Below, one piece after another: positions 26,346-40,034 of a stretch of 64,000 nucleotides of DNA. Numbering within the stretch: position 1 is the first letter of the stretch; every line of letters begins with the position of its first letter. The DNA comes from Octopus vulgaris (Eukaryota). The notes below the pieces were generated by a model that had not been told where the DNA came from, did not search any database, and was given only the letters and a program-made list of their open reading frames with translations. Both the position numbers and the translations under genes were made by a program. The DNA is taken from positions 212,350,001-212,414,000 of the forward strand of contig OX597815.1 of NCBI GenBank assembly GCA_951406725.2, in the 5' to 3' direction.

Positions 26346-27238
26346 GAAAGTTTTTTAAGTCTGTCATGTACCCTAGGACTCATAAAGACTGGACTTTAAC
26401 CCCATTTGGCATATAAGTGATTGGGGTTACAGCATTCTTCCCTGAATGGCAGCTGGTCTGTTTCAGGGTAAACTTTGCAACTATTGCTGGGTCTCAGAGC
26501 TGAATGGACATAAGCAATATGAAATGAAGGGTTCTGTTCAAGAATGCAAGGCACTACATAGTCCAGGAATCAAAGCCTCAATTAAAACATTACAGGTGCA
26601 GCAACCTAACCAATAAGCCACACACCTTCACATACATTTTATTTAACCATAAAATTCTATATTTATTAGCTTCTTGCAAATATCAGACTGTTATGTGAAG
26701 GTGTGTGGCCTAGTGGTTAGGTTGTTGCACATACAATCACCAGATTGTTGTTTCAATTCCTGGACCAGACAGTGTGTTGTGTTCTTCAGCAAAACCCTTC
26801 ATATCACATTGCTTTAGTGTCGTATGGGGATCAGCATGTCAAAGAACAGACCCAATGTTTCTTCAGTGTGTCATGAAAAGCAACAAAAACAGGTTGAAGC
26901 AGGATTTGCACTCTGACCTCATAAAATCCTCACCAGCAATAATTACCCAGAAAAACCTACAGGCTGGAGGGTTGTCTCCTGGGTGGTACAAAGATGTCAT
27001 CTGCCAGGGGTAGGGGGGGGAATCATCGACAAATGGTGGATGCAGCGACATGCTGTTTCAGCACATGCCCCCATACTTCTACTACTACTACTACTACTTC
27101 TACTACTACTACTACTTCTACTTGCAAATATAGTTGCAGAGTGTTTGAAAAAATCTATTCTTATAAAAGATTTTTAAAAATTCACATGCCAAAGGGGTTT
27201 ATAAAACCTACAACTCAGTGTTCTGGATATATCTTGAA

Positions 27239-27436
27239 CCCTTTAGCATTAAAATTACTCTGTCAAGTATAATGCTCATTTTGAATTACGCATTACCTCG
27301 TAGCTCTGGGATTCCAATGATATGATTTTTTTAGAATGACATTGCAGGTTAGCTGTGACAGGCCAGATCTGGTGAGTTTGAACACAAAACAAGTAGAATA
27401 TTTTAGCCAGATACGGCTGGTTTAAATGCTAAAAGT
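27239..27436. mobile_element. piggyBac-type MITE, family 2
   Basis: CCCTTTAGCATT...AATGCTAAAAGT|TTAA; body matches 59028-59216. Confidence 0.7.
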
Positions 27437-27719
27437 TTAAAGGTAGGATGCCAATCTAAACAAGGAACATTCTCAGAAAAATCTGGTACCTAACTGTTAA
27501 ATGAACATAATCATGGAGAGTTAACGTCTACCAAAAGTCAAAATGCAAAAAGTTATGCCATTCACATATGCAGCAATGCCTATGCATGGATACGGGCATT
27601 ATCAGATATACAATAATAGAGAATTGTAAGACACAATCTCTTGCATGTGTCTCAACTAAATAAATACTACTTTACCACAAATTAGATGTACCAATATTCG
27701 TAGTTACATTTATGCAGCG

Positions 27720-27933
27720 GAATATATATACATATGTATATATGTGCATGAGTGTGTGTGTATGTATATATATAACCCATGCTAGCGCGGAAAACGGACG
27801 TTAAACGATGATGATGATATATATATATATATATATATATACATACATACACGCACACACACGTGCACACAAATATATATATATGCGAGTGTATATATGT
27901 GCTTGTATGCATGTGTGTGTGTGTGCATGTGTG

Positions 27934-27964
<31 letters not shown>

Positions 27965-27991
27965 GTGTGTATGGTGTATGTATATACACAC

Positions 27992-28028
<37 letters not shown>

Positions 28029-28087
28029 GATACATACACACTTGTGTATGTATATACACATATATATATTTATATATACATATATAT

Positions 28088-28118
<31 letters not shown>

Positions 28119-28192
28119 CATATATATATACACATACATACACAAGTGTGTGTGTGTGTGTGTGTATGTATATATACATGCATATATATATG

Positions 28193-28236
<44 letters not shown>
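27720..28236. repeat. Compound (TA)n/(CA)n/(TG)n microsatellite region
   Basis: Direct inspection. Confidence 0.95.
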
Positions 28237-28237
<1 letters not shown>

Positions 28238-28981
28238 AGAAAATGATGAGAAGCACCACAGCAGAGTAATTAAGATTTCTCCCTTTATCTCACCAAATTG
28301 TCAAATATGATTAAGCAGGTTCACAAGATTTGCAGATGATGCAAATCTCTCTCTGCTTTTTTTTTCTTCCTTCAGATTCAATGTTTTGCAAACTGCTAAC
28401 GTACAGGGCTTCTATTACACATGTACTTTTCCTATTATCCTATCATCACATCATCTCATCTGGACCCGGCAATATGTTAATACGTAACACTAGACTCTGA
28501 TGCAACAATTACTTATTTATAAGAGGAAATACATCACACTGACTCAGTCTTTTGCACCAGACCCAACTGGATGATATTACTTACTTTACTACAAACAATA
28601 TGCCCCACAACATCTATAGCAGGCAGGAGCAACCTTTTTTCAAGAAGTAGGCCATGGGAGACATAGGTCAACATTTTTATAATTAAATATTATTAGGATT
28701 TGTATAAAAAGAAAATTTAAATATTTTCTGTGTTGTAGAAGTAGAAGAAATTTATTGCACATAAGTTTTAACAACAAAATCTAATAATTATCTCCAAGAG
28801 TCATATGGACTCTGGTTGTGAACCACTTATCTAGAATAAGTGTTCTTGAACTGGAGCACATGTACTCCTTGGAGTACACAAGAGAAAACGCAAGGATATA
28901 GTGATTTTTATAAACACACTGGGATTTTGAAGTAATCACAACCAACTAAATGCATCTAAATGTCTCTAAAAAATGTATAGA

Positions 28982-29213
28982 AGGTGGCAAGGTGGCAGAG
29001 ACGTTAGCACGCCGGACGAAATGCCTAGCGGTATTTCGTTGCCGTTACGTTCTGAGTTCAAATTCCGCCAAGGTCAACTTCGCCTTTCATCCTTTCAGGG
29101 TCGATTAAATAAGTACCAGTTATGCACTGGGGTCGATGTCATCGACTTAATCCCTTTGTCTGTCCTTTTTGTCCCCTCTATGTTTAGCCCCTTGTGGGCA
29201 ATAAAGAAATAAG
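28982..29213 (+). mobile_element. tRNA-derived SINE, Deu/Nin-like family
   Basis: Full-length match to 5087-5282, flanked by AAAATGTATAGA / AAAATGTCTAGA. Confidence 0.85.
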
Positions 29214-31074
29214 AAAATGTCTAGAGGGTCTTTCACTGTTTGATCCACCCATGAAGATGAGTTATTAGCAGTATTAATAACTAAAAGCAGATTCCATGCA
29301 AGACTACCAACCGAGAAGGATATGCAAGCATGCCTCTCTGACACTTTGAATAAATGCTTACTTATTCGTATAATTTTGAACTTATTTATTTATGCACCCT
29401 TTTCAAGCTTAGCGAGGCTCATGGGCCCGGTTTCCCAGGATCTATGGTGTATGTGTTCCCCCCAGCTGGATGGGATGCCAGTCCATCACAGCGTAAATCA
29501 ATCGGGAATGATTTGAAGCAAAAGAATAACAATGACAAGAGCACTTCAGAGAGCTTTGAAGAATATTTCCATCTTTGGAAATAAAAATATATAAAGAAGA
29601 GAAGGAAAAAATTAAGCTAAATAAAAGTTTTAAGCAATGATTTGTTGTTGTAATACAATACCACCTCCAACTATGGTTACAAGTACTCATTCTCAATAAG
29701 CTAAATCAGAAATTATATTCAACTAAAGCCTTCTTTCATATTTATTGTTCGTTTGTTGTTAAAACTACAATGCTACACAAACAGAGGACATGACCAACAT
29801 ATCAAGAAGGAGGCAAAACAAGTGTTCAGAAATAGTGAAGATAAAACAAAGTTCAAAGTATACATAATTAAAAAGCAATGCTATGTAAAGTACTTTTTTA
29901 TTTAAAGACAGAAAAAGGGTGGATAGCGTAATAAGAGATAAGACTGAATGTTCTATTTAACAAGAGAATTGCATCACATACAAGTTAAATGTACTATACT
30001 ATCATCATCATAATCATCATCATTTTCACACCCACTTTTCCATGCTTGCATAGATCGGATGGAGTTTACTGATGCAAATTTTCTACAGCTGGATGCACTT
30101 TCTGTTGCCAACACTCACCTGCTTCCATGTAGGGTGATATAATATTTCCCCCATGGCCAGACATGCTCTTGCAGAAGATTAGAAATGAATAAACACTGCT
30201 TGTATGATGGTCACAATAATTTGCAAGTATTAGGCAATGTCAACACGTACACACACTCACACAAACATTCACATACATATATACAACAGGCTTCTTTCAG
30301 GTTTCATCAACGAAATCCCCCCAGCCCAGGGCTATAATAGAAGAGTCTTGCCCAAGGTACCATGCAGTGGGACTGAACCCAGAACCATATGGCTAGGAAG
30401 CAAACTTCTTACCACACAGACATATGTGCTTTTACAGTTAGTAACAGAGGTGGGTGATGACATAGAACAGATCCAATGTGCTACCATCAGTCAATGCACT
30501 GACACCAGGGAGTGCTGTAAACAAACGGACTAAAGAGTGCCAAGTGTTGTACATACTAAATAAACATCACCTCACAATAGATGTGCTCATCTATGCAGAT
30601 GCAGGTGCAGCAGTGGAACTGAGAAGTTCATTTCCCAACCACAAGCTTTCAAGTTCAATTTCACTTCATGCCACCTTGGGCAAGTGTTTTCTTTTATAGC
30701 TCCATATTGATCAATGCTTTCTGAGTAAATTCAGTAGACAGAAAATTAAAGAGAATTATCGTGTGTGTGTGTGTGTGTGTGTGTGCTCGTGCGCACGTGT
30801 GCATTTGCACTGATGTGTGAAATGGAGAATAATGTTTAGACAATGTGTTGGCCTAATGACCAGTTGCTCTGCACTTTCAACAACCTGTGCAATATAAAAT
30901 CCCTTACTTGCAAAACAAGTAAATGTTAGCAATGGGAAGAGCATCCAGCTGTAAAGTTCTGCTTCATATATGTCAATAAGTAAACCCAAGCTAGTATGGA
31001 AAATCATGAAATGAAAATGTGTTGTGTGCACACAAACACACACACACACTTATTTATGTACACATACACGTATG

Positions 31075-31138
<64 letters not shown>

Positions 31139-31229
31139 TTTATACATACACACAAACACATTCACACAAATATATACATATATATATATGCTATATGAGT
31201 TCGTATATATATATTTGTGTGGATGTGTT

Positions 31230-31271
<42 letters not shown>

Positions 31272-32536
31272 AATATATACACACATATAAACACACTAAC
31301 ACACACAGACAGAGGTAGACATTTGATATAGATGTGTGTGTCTGTTATATCTACCATTTCAAGTTTGCACCGGAAAACAAGACTATATATCTATCACTTG
31401 GTGGTTGACTAGTTTACCGATTACGGCGCAGTCAACAGGCAATCATTTTAGTTTGTTATAATAATTGGTAATGTGATCGCATAACATACAATGGATACAA
31501 AACAGGTTCTGTTGTTCTTGTTTAGTTTCTAATTGGTGCTTACACAGATTATAATGTTCAATATTGTCTGTTAACAATCTTAGCCTTTGATTTATGATGT
31601 ACCGAGGCCAAATGTAAACACATACCCACTAACATATTAAAATTTAAGAAAGCTGTGTACAAATGTTTGGATGGGTGGATGTATATATGTAAGTATGTGC
31701 ACACACATAAGCCACTAGCATATAACAGGGACTGCTTATTCATCCTGCTTCCCATCTGCATCTCACTCTAGCTCCCCTTCTACCAGCTTCAGTGGGAAAT
31801 AAAGGATTTACTTGCTCCAGTCATTGGACTGCAGCCATGCTAAGGCACCACCTTGAACGGTTTAGTTGGACAAATTAATCCCAGTATTTACTTGCTTTTT
31901 TTCATAAGCTGAGCACTTATTCTATCAATTTCATTTTGTTGAACCACTAAGTTACAGGGAACATAAACAAACCAACACCTTGTGTTACGCATTGGTGGAG
32001 TTGTAAGCAGTAGTGGAGCGACAAACACAAAGACACACACATATTTGCACCTATAGAGCAGAAGCTTAATTTCTGATGAAGTGCATTATTTTGGTTTTGA
32101 TTAATCAAGAGAATAATGAAAAATTTGTCATTAATAAGATGGTGTTTGGAACATAGATTAACACAAAACTCTTTTGGAAGGTTTTTAATCCAGATTACTT
32201 TAAAGCAAATATTTTTGTATCATAGGACCAGGGGCAGTTTCAGGCAAGTTGGTATGAAAAGGGTTCAATAGACACACACAGTGATATATACTTCTGACTT
32301 GGGGTGGGGGTGGGGGTCACTGTGGCCACACCAGCAACGCTTGATAGATATCATAATGTAGATACAACTTTCCTATGTTTTCAATGAATGCCGTTTCTAT
32401 GTTTCCTATGAATGCTTCATTATAAATGAGATTTTTTCTAACATTAAAAACTCGTCATAAATTAAATGATTTTTGCAAAAATATTTTGATAAATAGATAA
32501 CCCTGTTTCCATGCATTTGACAACCCAGGCAATGCT

Positions 32537-32576
<40 letters not shown>

Positions 32577-32834
32577 CTCAAAATTACAGCTTAGTGTACC
32601 TCACACTCATCACCACCTTCATTCCCTCATAAACCTCTTAACAATGTTTATTTCGCTTATGACGTCTTTTGGAGATAGGGTTTCGAGGTTTAAGAGTTTT
32701 AAAAGATTGATACAACCTAACGTCGCAGTCACTGCAGACACAGCTGCAAGAACACACAGAAATGGTACAAACACTGCAAACCATAATACCTACCATGCAC
32801 ACAGTTATATATATTTATGCGGGGGTGAGGGAAG

Positions 32835-32883
<49 letters not shown>

Positions 32884-34492
32884 AAGGCATCATGCAGAGT
32901 GCTATTTTTTCAGCACTACTGTTTATCCTCATTTGCCCTATTATCATACCTACTCACAAAATAGTAGTTATAGATATGAATCTGACCACATCTGTCACCT
33001 TTCTATTGCAGATGAGGATTTAAGAGTCATGTGGCACAAGAGTTAACCATATTACACATTACTTGGGTTTCATGAATCAAATTTTTTCAGACATTTCAAT
33101 GAAATTTGTGGGTCAGTATATGAAAATGATGAAAATCTGTGTCTGTCTCCACAAAACTAAACATAAACGACTTTACATTCAGGTGAGAGCTGTGACTACC
33201 TTCGATTGAATGAGAAAGTAATATCCAACGGATTCATTAACAATGAGAGAGCAAGAAATGAATAACCCAACAATTTTTTTTTTTTTAACCCTGAAATTAT
33301 TGTTATCAGAACTCACAGAATCCCTGTAGAGTCTATCTTCATGGTAACCACATTTGGTTCACTGAACTGACACAAAAACTTCACAATAATGATACAAGAG
33401 CAAACTCCTTAAAAGGGAGGGACATGAAATAAATGCGAACCTAGATCTCTCTTTAAAGAACATTTAAAAATCCTACATGAAACTGAAATAAAATTTTAAA
33501 AATACAGCGGTTGAATAACAAGCTTGCCCATTGGTGCTTGAAATGAAAACCTGAAACCATAGAGTAAATTACACTAAAAGCTGGTATAAAGTTTAGGATA
33601 TTACACCTCGATGTTTGACTTCTGGTAAGCAAAGAGCAGGCGAACCCTATCAAGTACCAACTACACAAATGAGAGAAACTGCAGCTGGCAACAAAGGATA
33701 TGCAAAATCAAGAGTGAAGACATTAGCTCCATTGTTATGAAATGTGAAAGGATATCCTTTACATATTACCTTCCTAGTGACATATGATATGTTAGCCAGA
33801 ACAATTGGGTATAGGCCGAAGCTAAAAAACATACATAATTTTAATTGTTTTGGTCATTGGACCACAGCCATACTGGTAGTGCCACCTTCATGGGTTTTAG
33901 TTGAACAAACCACTATAAATACTTACATTTTTTTTCAAAAGCCTAGTACCTGTTCTATCAGTCTCTTTTGCTGAAGCACTAAGTTATGGGGACGAAAACA
34001 AACGAACCTCAGCTGTCAAATTGTGGAAGTTGGAGTTGTTAAACACAAACTTATCAACGTTGGACACTCCACAAGACAATATGGTTGGTGTAAATAAACT
34101 TTAAAACTATAACCAGAAAGAAGAAACATGGGCATGCATGCATGCAAGCACGCACGCGCATGCGCACACACCAGTAGGGTTTGTTGCATGGTTGCAAGCC
34201 ACAGAATGGATATAAATGAAGACAAAAAAATACAATAGATCAGATTTGAATATGATTTTTTTCATTTTCACACACACACACACACACACAAAGAGCTGGA
34301 ATGAAGACCCATATGTGCTATATGTACCCTCCTTCGATTATTTGATTTTTAAAACTGCATGCTTTGACTTGAGTACAATATGACCACCCTTATTTAACTT
34401 ATTTATTTATACATTCATTCATTTACACATGTATACCTGCATACTGTAAATGTAAGTATGTTTGTGCATACAAACATATTTATGCACACACA

Positions 34493-34531
<39 letters not shown>

Positions 34532-34632
34532 TGAACAGTAACTGCTCCAAAATATCCATAAGTTATTACCTTCTAATAAAACATGACACTTTTGCAAAAC
34601 CTCTTTACAATGCTATTGACAGGAAGGCTTAC

Positions 34633-34847
34633 CCTGGCATTAGTCTAAAAATCACACCAGAAATGGTATGTGTCCACACCTTTCGATATATAAAGCTTAC
34701 TGATGGAACATCTCGAGCGCAACAACAGGTGCACACACAACAGACCTGATATTGTTCTGTGTGACAAGGAAAACGTGCAGTGACATAGAGATTAGCTGCT
34801 CTACGGATGTGAATGTCACATCTGAAGTTCAAGACAGGAGAGGACAT
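34633..34847 (-). other. Putative exon (E), either 5' UTR or coding a Cys-rich N-terminus (MSSPVLNF...VCCVCTCCCAR...RLMP+GG, phase 2)
   Basis: Acceptor-like TTTGTATTAGTTTGCTATAG| directly before ATG; donor AGG|GTAAGC; non-repetitive, GC-richer sequence with one frame open throughout. Confidence 0.5.
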
Positions 34848-35549
34848 CTATAGCAAACTAATACAAAACTTATATAACCATGTTTGATTTCTATCTTCAT
34901 AATTATTTTCCTAGGTGCTTGCAGGACAGCCTGGAAGTGCAGCTATTTTTCGCTCAAATCCTCCAATCTAATTGACCAGTGGTAGTTTTTTTTTTTTTTG
35001 CAAAACATTCCAAAGGTTGCATACAATCTGACATGCACAAACCCAGCCACACACACACACACACACACAATTATGATGGATGCTGGCTCAATAATGAATA
35101 TAAATATTGCTTATTAACAAGTTGCAAAACAAAGATTGCTTTTTAACTCAGCTGGCGATCAGCAGCCTTTACCACAAGCATCACATAAATGTCTCTTCTC
35201 AGTTAAATGCAATGCAGATTGGCATTGCTTACAGGTATGTACTTCTTGAGACAACCAAAACAGAAATTACATGATTGGCAGACAAATGCTCTTTCAGGTA
35301 GCAATGATTTACCATTAGCTAGATTTGGTTCATGTATGCTTGAGTAGTTAACCAGACTAGCTACAGGAAAGTAGGTAAGTTACACTAAATGTTAACTGTT
35401 AGACCAGATCAATGAGATCCATGGAGTTTCCCTTCCTTATACCTCCTTTCAATTTTATGCATTTAATGCAATTCTGTTCAAAACACATGGATGCACCGAG
35501 TATATTTTTATCATCATAATGCCCAATCAACTGCTATTATTTGCCAATG

Positions 35550-35926
35550 GGCACATAACAAACACCATCCGATCGTGGCCGTTTGCCAGCCTCATCTGGC
35601 ACCTGTGTCGGTGGCACATAAAAACACCATCCGAGCGTGGCCGTCTGCCAGCCTCGTCTGGCACCTGTGTCGGTGGCACATAAAAAAACACCATCCGAGT
35701 GTGGCCGTTTGCCAGCCTCGTCTGGCACCTGTGTCGGTGGCACATAAAATCACCCACTACACTCTCGGAGTGGTTGGCGTTAGGAAGGGCATCCAGCTGT
35801 AGAAACACTGCCAGATCTGACTGGACTGGTGCAGCTTTCGGGCTCCCCAGACCCCAGTTGAACCGTCCAACCCATGCTAGCATGGAAAGCGGACGTTAAA
35901 TGATGATGATGATGATGATGATGATG
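35550..35926 (+). mobile_element. RTE-LINE 3' UTR/tail copy with three ~62-bp tandem units
   Basis: Unit CACATAAAAACACCATCCGAGCGTGGCCGTTTGCCAGCCTCGTCTGGCACCTGTGTCGGTGG three times, then the tail ending (ATG)n. Confidence 0.85.
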
Positions 35927-36592
35927 TTCCTCGTGAATATTGCCTCTTTTCAAATCAGATTTAAGACAGTTTCTCTATCTTAACTTTATGCGCAACTAAA
36001 ATCGCACTTTAGCACCTTAAAAAAAAAAAGGCTGAAATGCAATCTTTGATATACAGAATAACAGGAAAGTCTTTGGTCATGCTTGACTGGCAAGGCTGGA
36101 AAAGGATTAAGCCAGTAGAACAGCTTCAAATTTTATTTCACATTATAAACAGTACAAATCTATGTATGGATTAAGAGAACTCTGGATGGAATTGAAATTA
36201 ATGACCAAGTTCTTCAGCTCAATTTCATTACATATAGGAAAGCAGAGTAAGTCAAAATTTAAACAATGTCAAATGTATCTCTTCATACCAACACATGGTG
36301 CTTACACAGAGAATTCTCTATGTAATATCAAATCAATAAGGTTAAATTAGTATAAGATGGACACTAATAATTGAATGCTACTGTTTTGATAGTTCATTTC
36401 AATAGCAGTGTTGCAACTGACTGCTCATTTCTCCACTGGAAAAACTAGGTTAACATCTTAGTTCTCAATTGATGCCAAGAGCACCATTGTTTGTTAAAGC
36501 GAAATAAATTAGGCTAGATGACAGCCAGTGACCTTAATATAATGCTTACCAGATATAATGTTAATCTCTTCTCAATAACATCATGAACTTAC

Positions 36593-36624
36593 CAATTTAA
36601 AGTGGATGTAAACTTAAAACCCAT
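36593..36624 (-). CDS. Possible alternative first exon or uORF exon: MGFKFTSTLN+TG (phase 2)
   Basis: ATG at 36624 and donor TTG|GTAAGT; a second donor-like CTG|GTAAGC lies about 43 nt downstream. It is short, so chance is possible. Confidence 0.3.
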
Positions 36625-36919
36625 TCAGAATGAAGCAATTTAGAGAACCGTACAATCAACAGACACCAGTTATTTTAAGCAAAACAGTACAATTTTCAAT
36701 GAATACTTTTGTGAGCAAAATAGCAAAAATTGCAACTAAAATTATCAAACATGTGATTATAACTTCACAAAAACCACAAGAAAATTACAGATATTATATC
36801 AATTCTGAAGAGTTGATCTCCAACTGAGTGAACAACACATGAATGGAATCAGTATAATATAGATATGAACTAATGAAGAACTTTTGAAAGTAAGGTTCAC
36901 AGTCTTACTGAAATCTTAA

Positions 36920-37140
36920 CCCTTTCGTTACTGCATTTAGTTTGAGATACTCTGTGTCTCTCTCAATTATTTTAGATATATCAAAGAATTTAGTAAAATA
37001 AGTTAGTTATCATTAAGCTAGTGTTAGGAACATTAATTGTGACTAAGGTTTGATGGAAGATTTTAATACAAAACTTATGAAAACAAGACCTTTGTACTAC
37101 AGAGCCGGAGCTGGTTTCAGCCGGGTTGGTAATGAAAGGG
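36920..37140. mobile_element. piggyBac-type MITE, family 1 (a partial copy also lies at about 32070-32265)
   Basis: TTAA|CCCTTTCGTTAC...GTAATGAAAGGG|TTAA. Confidence 0.85.
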
Positions 37141-38640
37141 TTAAATAAGATAAAAAGCTACCTTAACTACAGTAACTATGGATAACTATTTAATGAAATA
37201 ACATGTGAAGAAAACTGATAACTATTTTGACTTATGTTTATGATTTGTTGAAATAAGGGAACAGATAATTACGAAAGTGGTATTAAAGAAAAGGTTATTA
37301 ACTAGTTTATAGTGAATTAAGGAGTCATTTGAAAAGCAGGTTAATGTATTCGTTTCAGAAGACATCGATCTGTTGGATAATGAGACAAAAGCTACATCAA
37401 AACCCAAACTGCTTTATACTACTACTACTGCCATTTATCAGCCTGACCACAAAACAGAAACTGAAAAAGCTATAAATATTCAACTAATGAAACTCTTAGT
37501 AAAGGTAATTACATACTAATGAAGATATTATTTTTAAAAATTATTATAATTTGAACAGGTGAGTTTTCCAACTTGTCAAAGAAACATATGAATGGCGGGG
37601 GAAAATGTTTTTATCTAGAAAGACCAAGAAGGAACATACCATAATATTATGTAGTACAGTATTTTGGGGACACTATTGAACAGCTCATATTAGTATAGTT
37701 TGTAAAGAATAATCAGTCATCCAGGTTGGGAGTTGCACCACTAAAATGCATATGTCTTGGTACGAGTGAAGCAATAATTATTTCAAAGAAGACAAACACA
37801 GGATCAAAGGCATGGTTTTACCAAAAAGTTACCAAACTTCAAGGATACCACAGAAAATACAGAGAGAATAATAATAAAAACATGACAGTGCAAAATGGTT
37901 ACAATTTACATATTACTAAAAGTTCGACTGATCAATTCTATGATCATTTTTCAATGCTGACATGGAATGGACAGATTATCACAGTCAAGATCAGTCCTTT
38001 TTCAGACTAACTGACGTCTCAGACAGGAAGAGAACATCCCATTTACATATCTCCATTTTGACTTGTTTTTTTTTTTAAATTGGATGTCTTTTCTAACAAA
38101 AATCATTTTACAGGGTGTACTGGGTGCATTTAATCGTAGCACCAGCACTAAAGAGGTTGTCTTACCCATAGCAAGACTAAAGAATCCTTTCAAAGTTACA
38201 TTGTCTCAGCTTGATTAGTCAACCATTTTAACAGGTGCACTGAGGGCATTTTATTATAGCACCATACTAGTGAGGTCAACCTGGAAACTACAACACACCA
38301 GAGCAGCAACTAATCTAAGAGCAAGACTAGAAGACCGGTGATGATATAAGCTAAGCTAAGATGGTCCAGCAAATTCATGTATTTGCATGATTGCAAGATG
38401 TGTTTTATAGTTGCAATTATTTTTCCCACCAATCTCTTTCTTATCACACTGTAATGGCAGAGCTGGATCATGTAACAACATAGATCTTGGTTAACGGCAA
38501 AATGCAATGGCTCTTTGTACACTTAATGACCAAGATCATAGAAATAAATCACAAGAGTCACTATACCAAAAGATAAACAAAACAGAATTGTAAACTTATT
38601 ACAATTAGCTTATTACTTTTTACCAAATTTATAAACTTAC

Positions 38641-38702
38641 TTCTGCTATTCAGTTGCAATTTTGCTTACTCTTTAAAACATACAGACACATACACATACA
38701 TT
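38641..38702 (-). other. Possible non-coding 62-nt exon (or 3-nt microexon 38700-38702)
   Basis: CTAAT branch motif plus TTTTTCTCTCTTTTAG| acceptor; donors AAT|GTATGT (after 3 nt) and GAA|GTAAGT (after 62 nt). All three frames of the 62-nt form have stops. Confidence 0.3.
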
Positions 38703-39231
38703 CTAAAAGAGAGAAAAATTAGTTTGATTTACTTAGATGTATCTTTAGTACGATCATTCCAAGATTAAAATAAAATGTTATCCTAATTCTTCGAAGATAT
38801 AAAAAAAAATGGAAATTTTAGGGCTTGAGTTTGTATCTGGCACATTAGAGGTAGTTTTAGCATGTTGCCCCAGTTTAGCACTACCAGCTGGTCACTGGCT
38901 CCTTTTAACAGAATTCACTGCTAAAAGCATTTGGCCAAACCAGCACCTAGGATTTCTTTTTTTTTTTTCCCTACAAATGTTCCGGCTGGGCATCAACTAT
39001 ATCAATCTTACCAGTTTAAAAAGGCCAGCACAGGATACCATGCTCATCAGCCCATCACTCTCATGAGTCTGGGACGGCCTGTAATGGTCATCATGGCCAT
39101 CAGCCTGACCATTCTCAATAGTTTGTGAAGGCCCACAAAAGGGACAACAAATATTGCCCTTTGTCTTTCAACTTATTTTAAAAACAAAAAACATAAACCC
39201 TTCAGATATATCATTCATATGTAAGTCTCAC

Positions 39232-39304
39232 TTCAACAAGAAAGAATTCTTAAATGCAAGCGTGTACATGTAAAATTGAGATTCCTGCATCTACATGCAC
39301 ACAT
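39232..39304 (-). other. Possible 73-nt exon (UTR, or MQESQFYMYTLAFKNSFLL+AA from ATG 39290)
   Basis: Long pyrimidine tract TTTCCTTTGCTTCTTTTCTTTTCTGTCTTTATTCTCAG| and donor GAA|GTGAGA. Confidence 0.4.
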
Positions 39305-39844
39305 CTGAGAATAAAGACAGAAAAGAAAAGAAGCAAAGGAAATGTGAATGTATTTCCAAACCATTTCAATGTCTTTCTTCTCATCATCATCATCATCATC
39401 ATCAGAATTCCTTCCAAAAGCATAATATACACCAACACTACTACCACAACCACCACCACCACCACCACCATCAATTTAACATTACCTTAGAATTCATGCA
39501 GCAATGCTTGTGCACAGTTTTTAGTACGACAATCATGACTGAGTACCATGATTTTGGTGCACATTATTAACACTCACTATAAATATACATGCATGTGCAT
39601 ATAGACTGAGACGCACAAATACAAAACTATATTAGTCCATTGTTTGAGTACAGAGTACGAAAGGAAACAACTAAATCATTGAAAAGATATTGAAATGATG
39701 TGTTCAGCAGAGTGTGGAGAAATCCTATTGATTTAGTTATTGATAAATACTTGAAATCCAAATTCAAATCTGACAAATCTATAAAGAAAAATAGGGTCAG
39801 TTGGGGGCAGAAAAACTGGAGGCACTTTCACAGCTATATATAAA

Positions 39845-39985
39845 TGTCTGTCTGTCTGTCAGTGTGTCTGTTAGCACAAGTAAAAGAATATGTATGTATG
39901 TGTGTAGGTAGGTAGGTAGGTAGGTGGATAGGTAGGTAGGTAGACAGACAACAGACAGATAGATAGATACAAATATATATATACA

Positions 39986-40034
<49 letters not shown>

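Noticed and set aside
33317-33361. 45-nt minus-strand exon candidate (EPNVVTMKIDSTGI, donor TCT|GTGAGT)
   Set aside because: The acceptor is weak and ambiguous and there is no independent support.
36804-36830. CTGAAGA-GTTG...CAAC hammerhead-like start (similar at about 50201)
   Set aside because: No GAAA or stem III follows.
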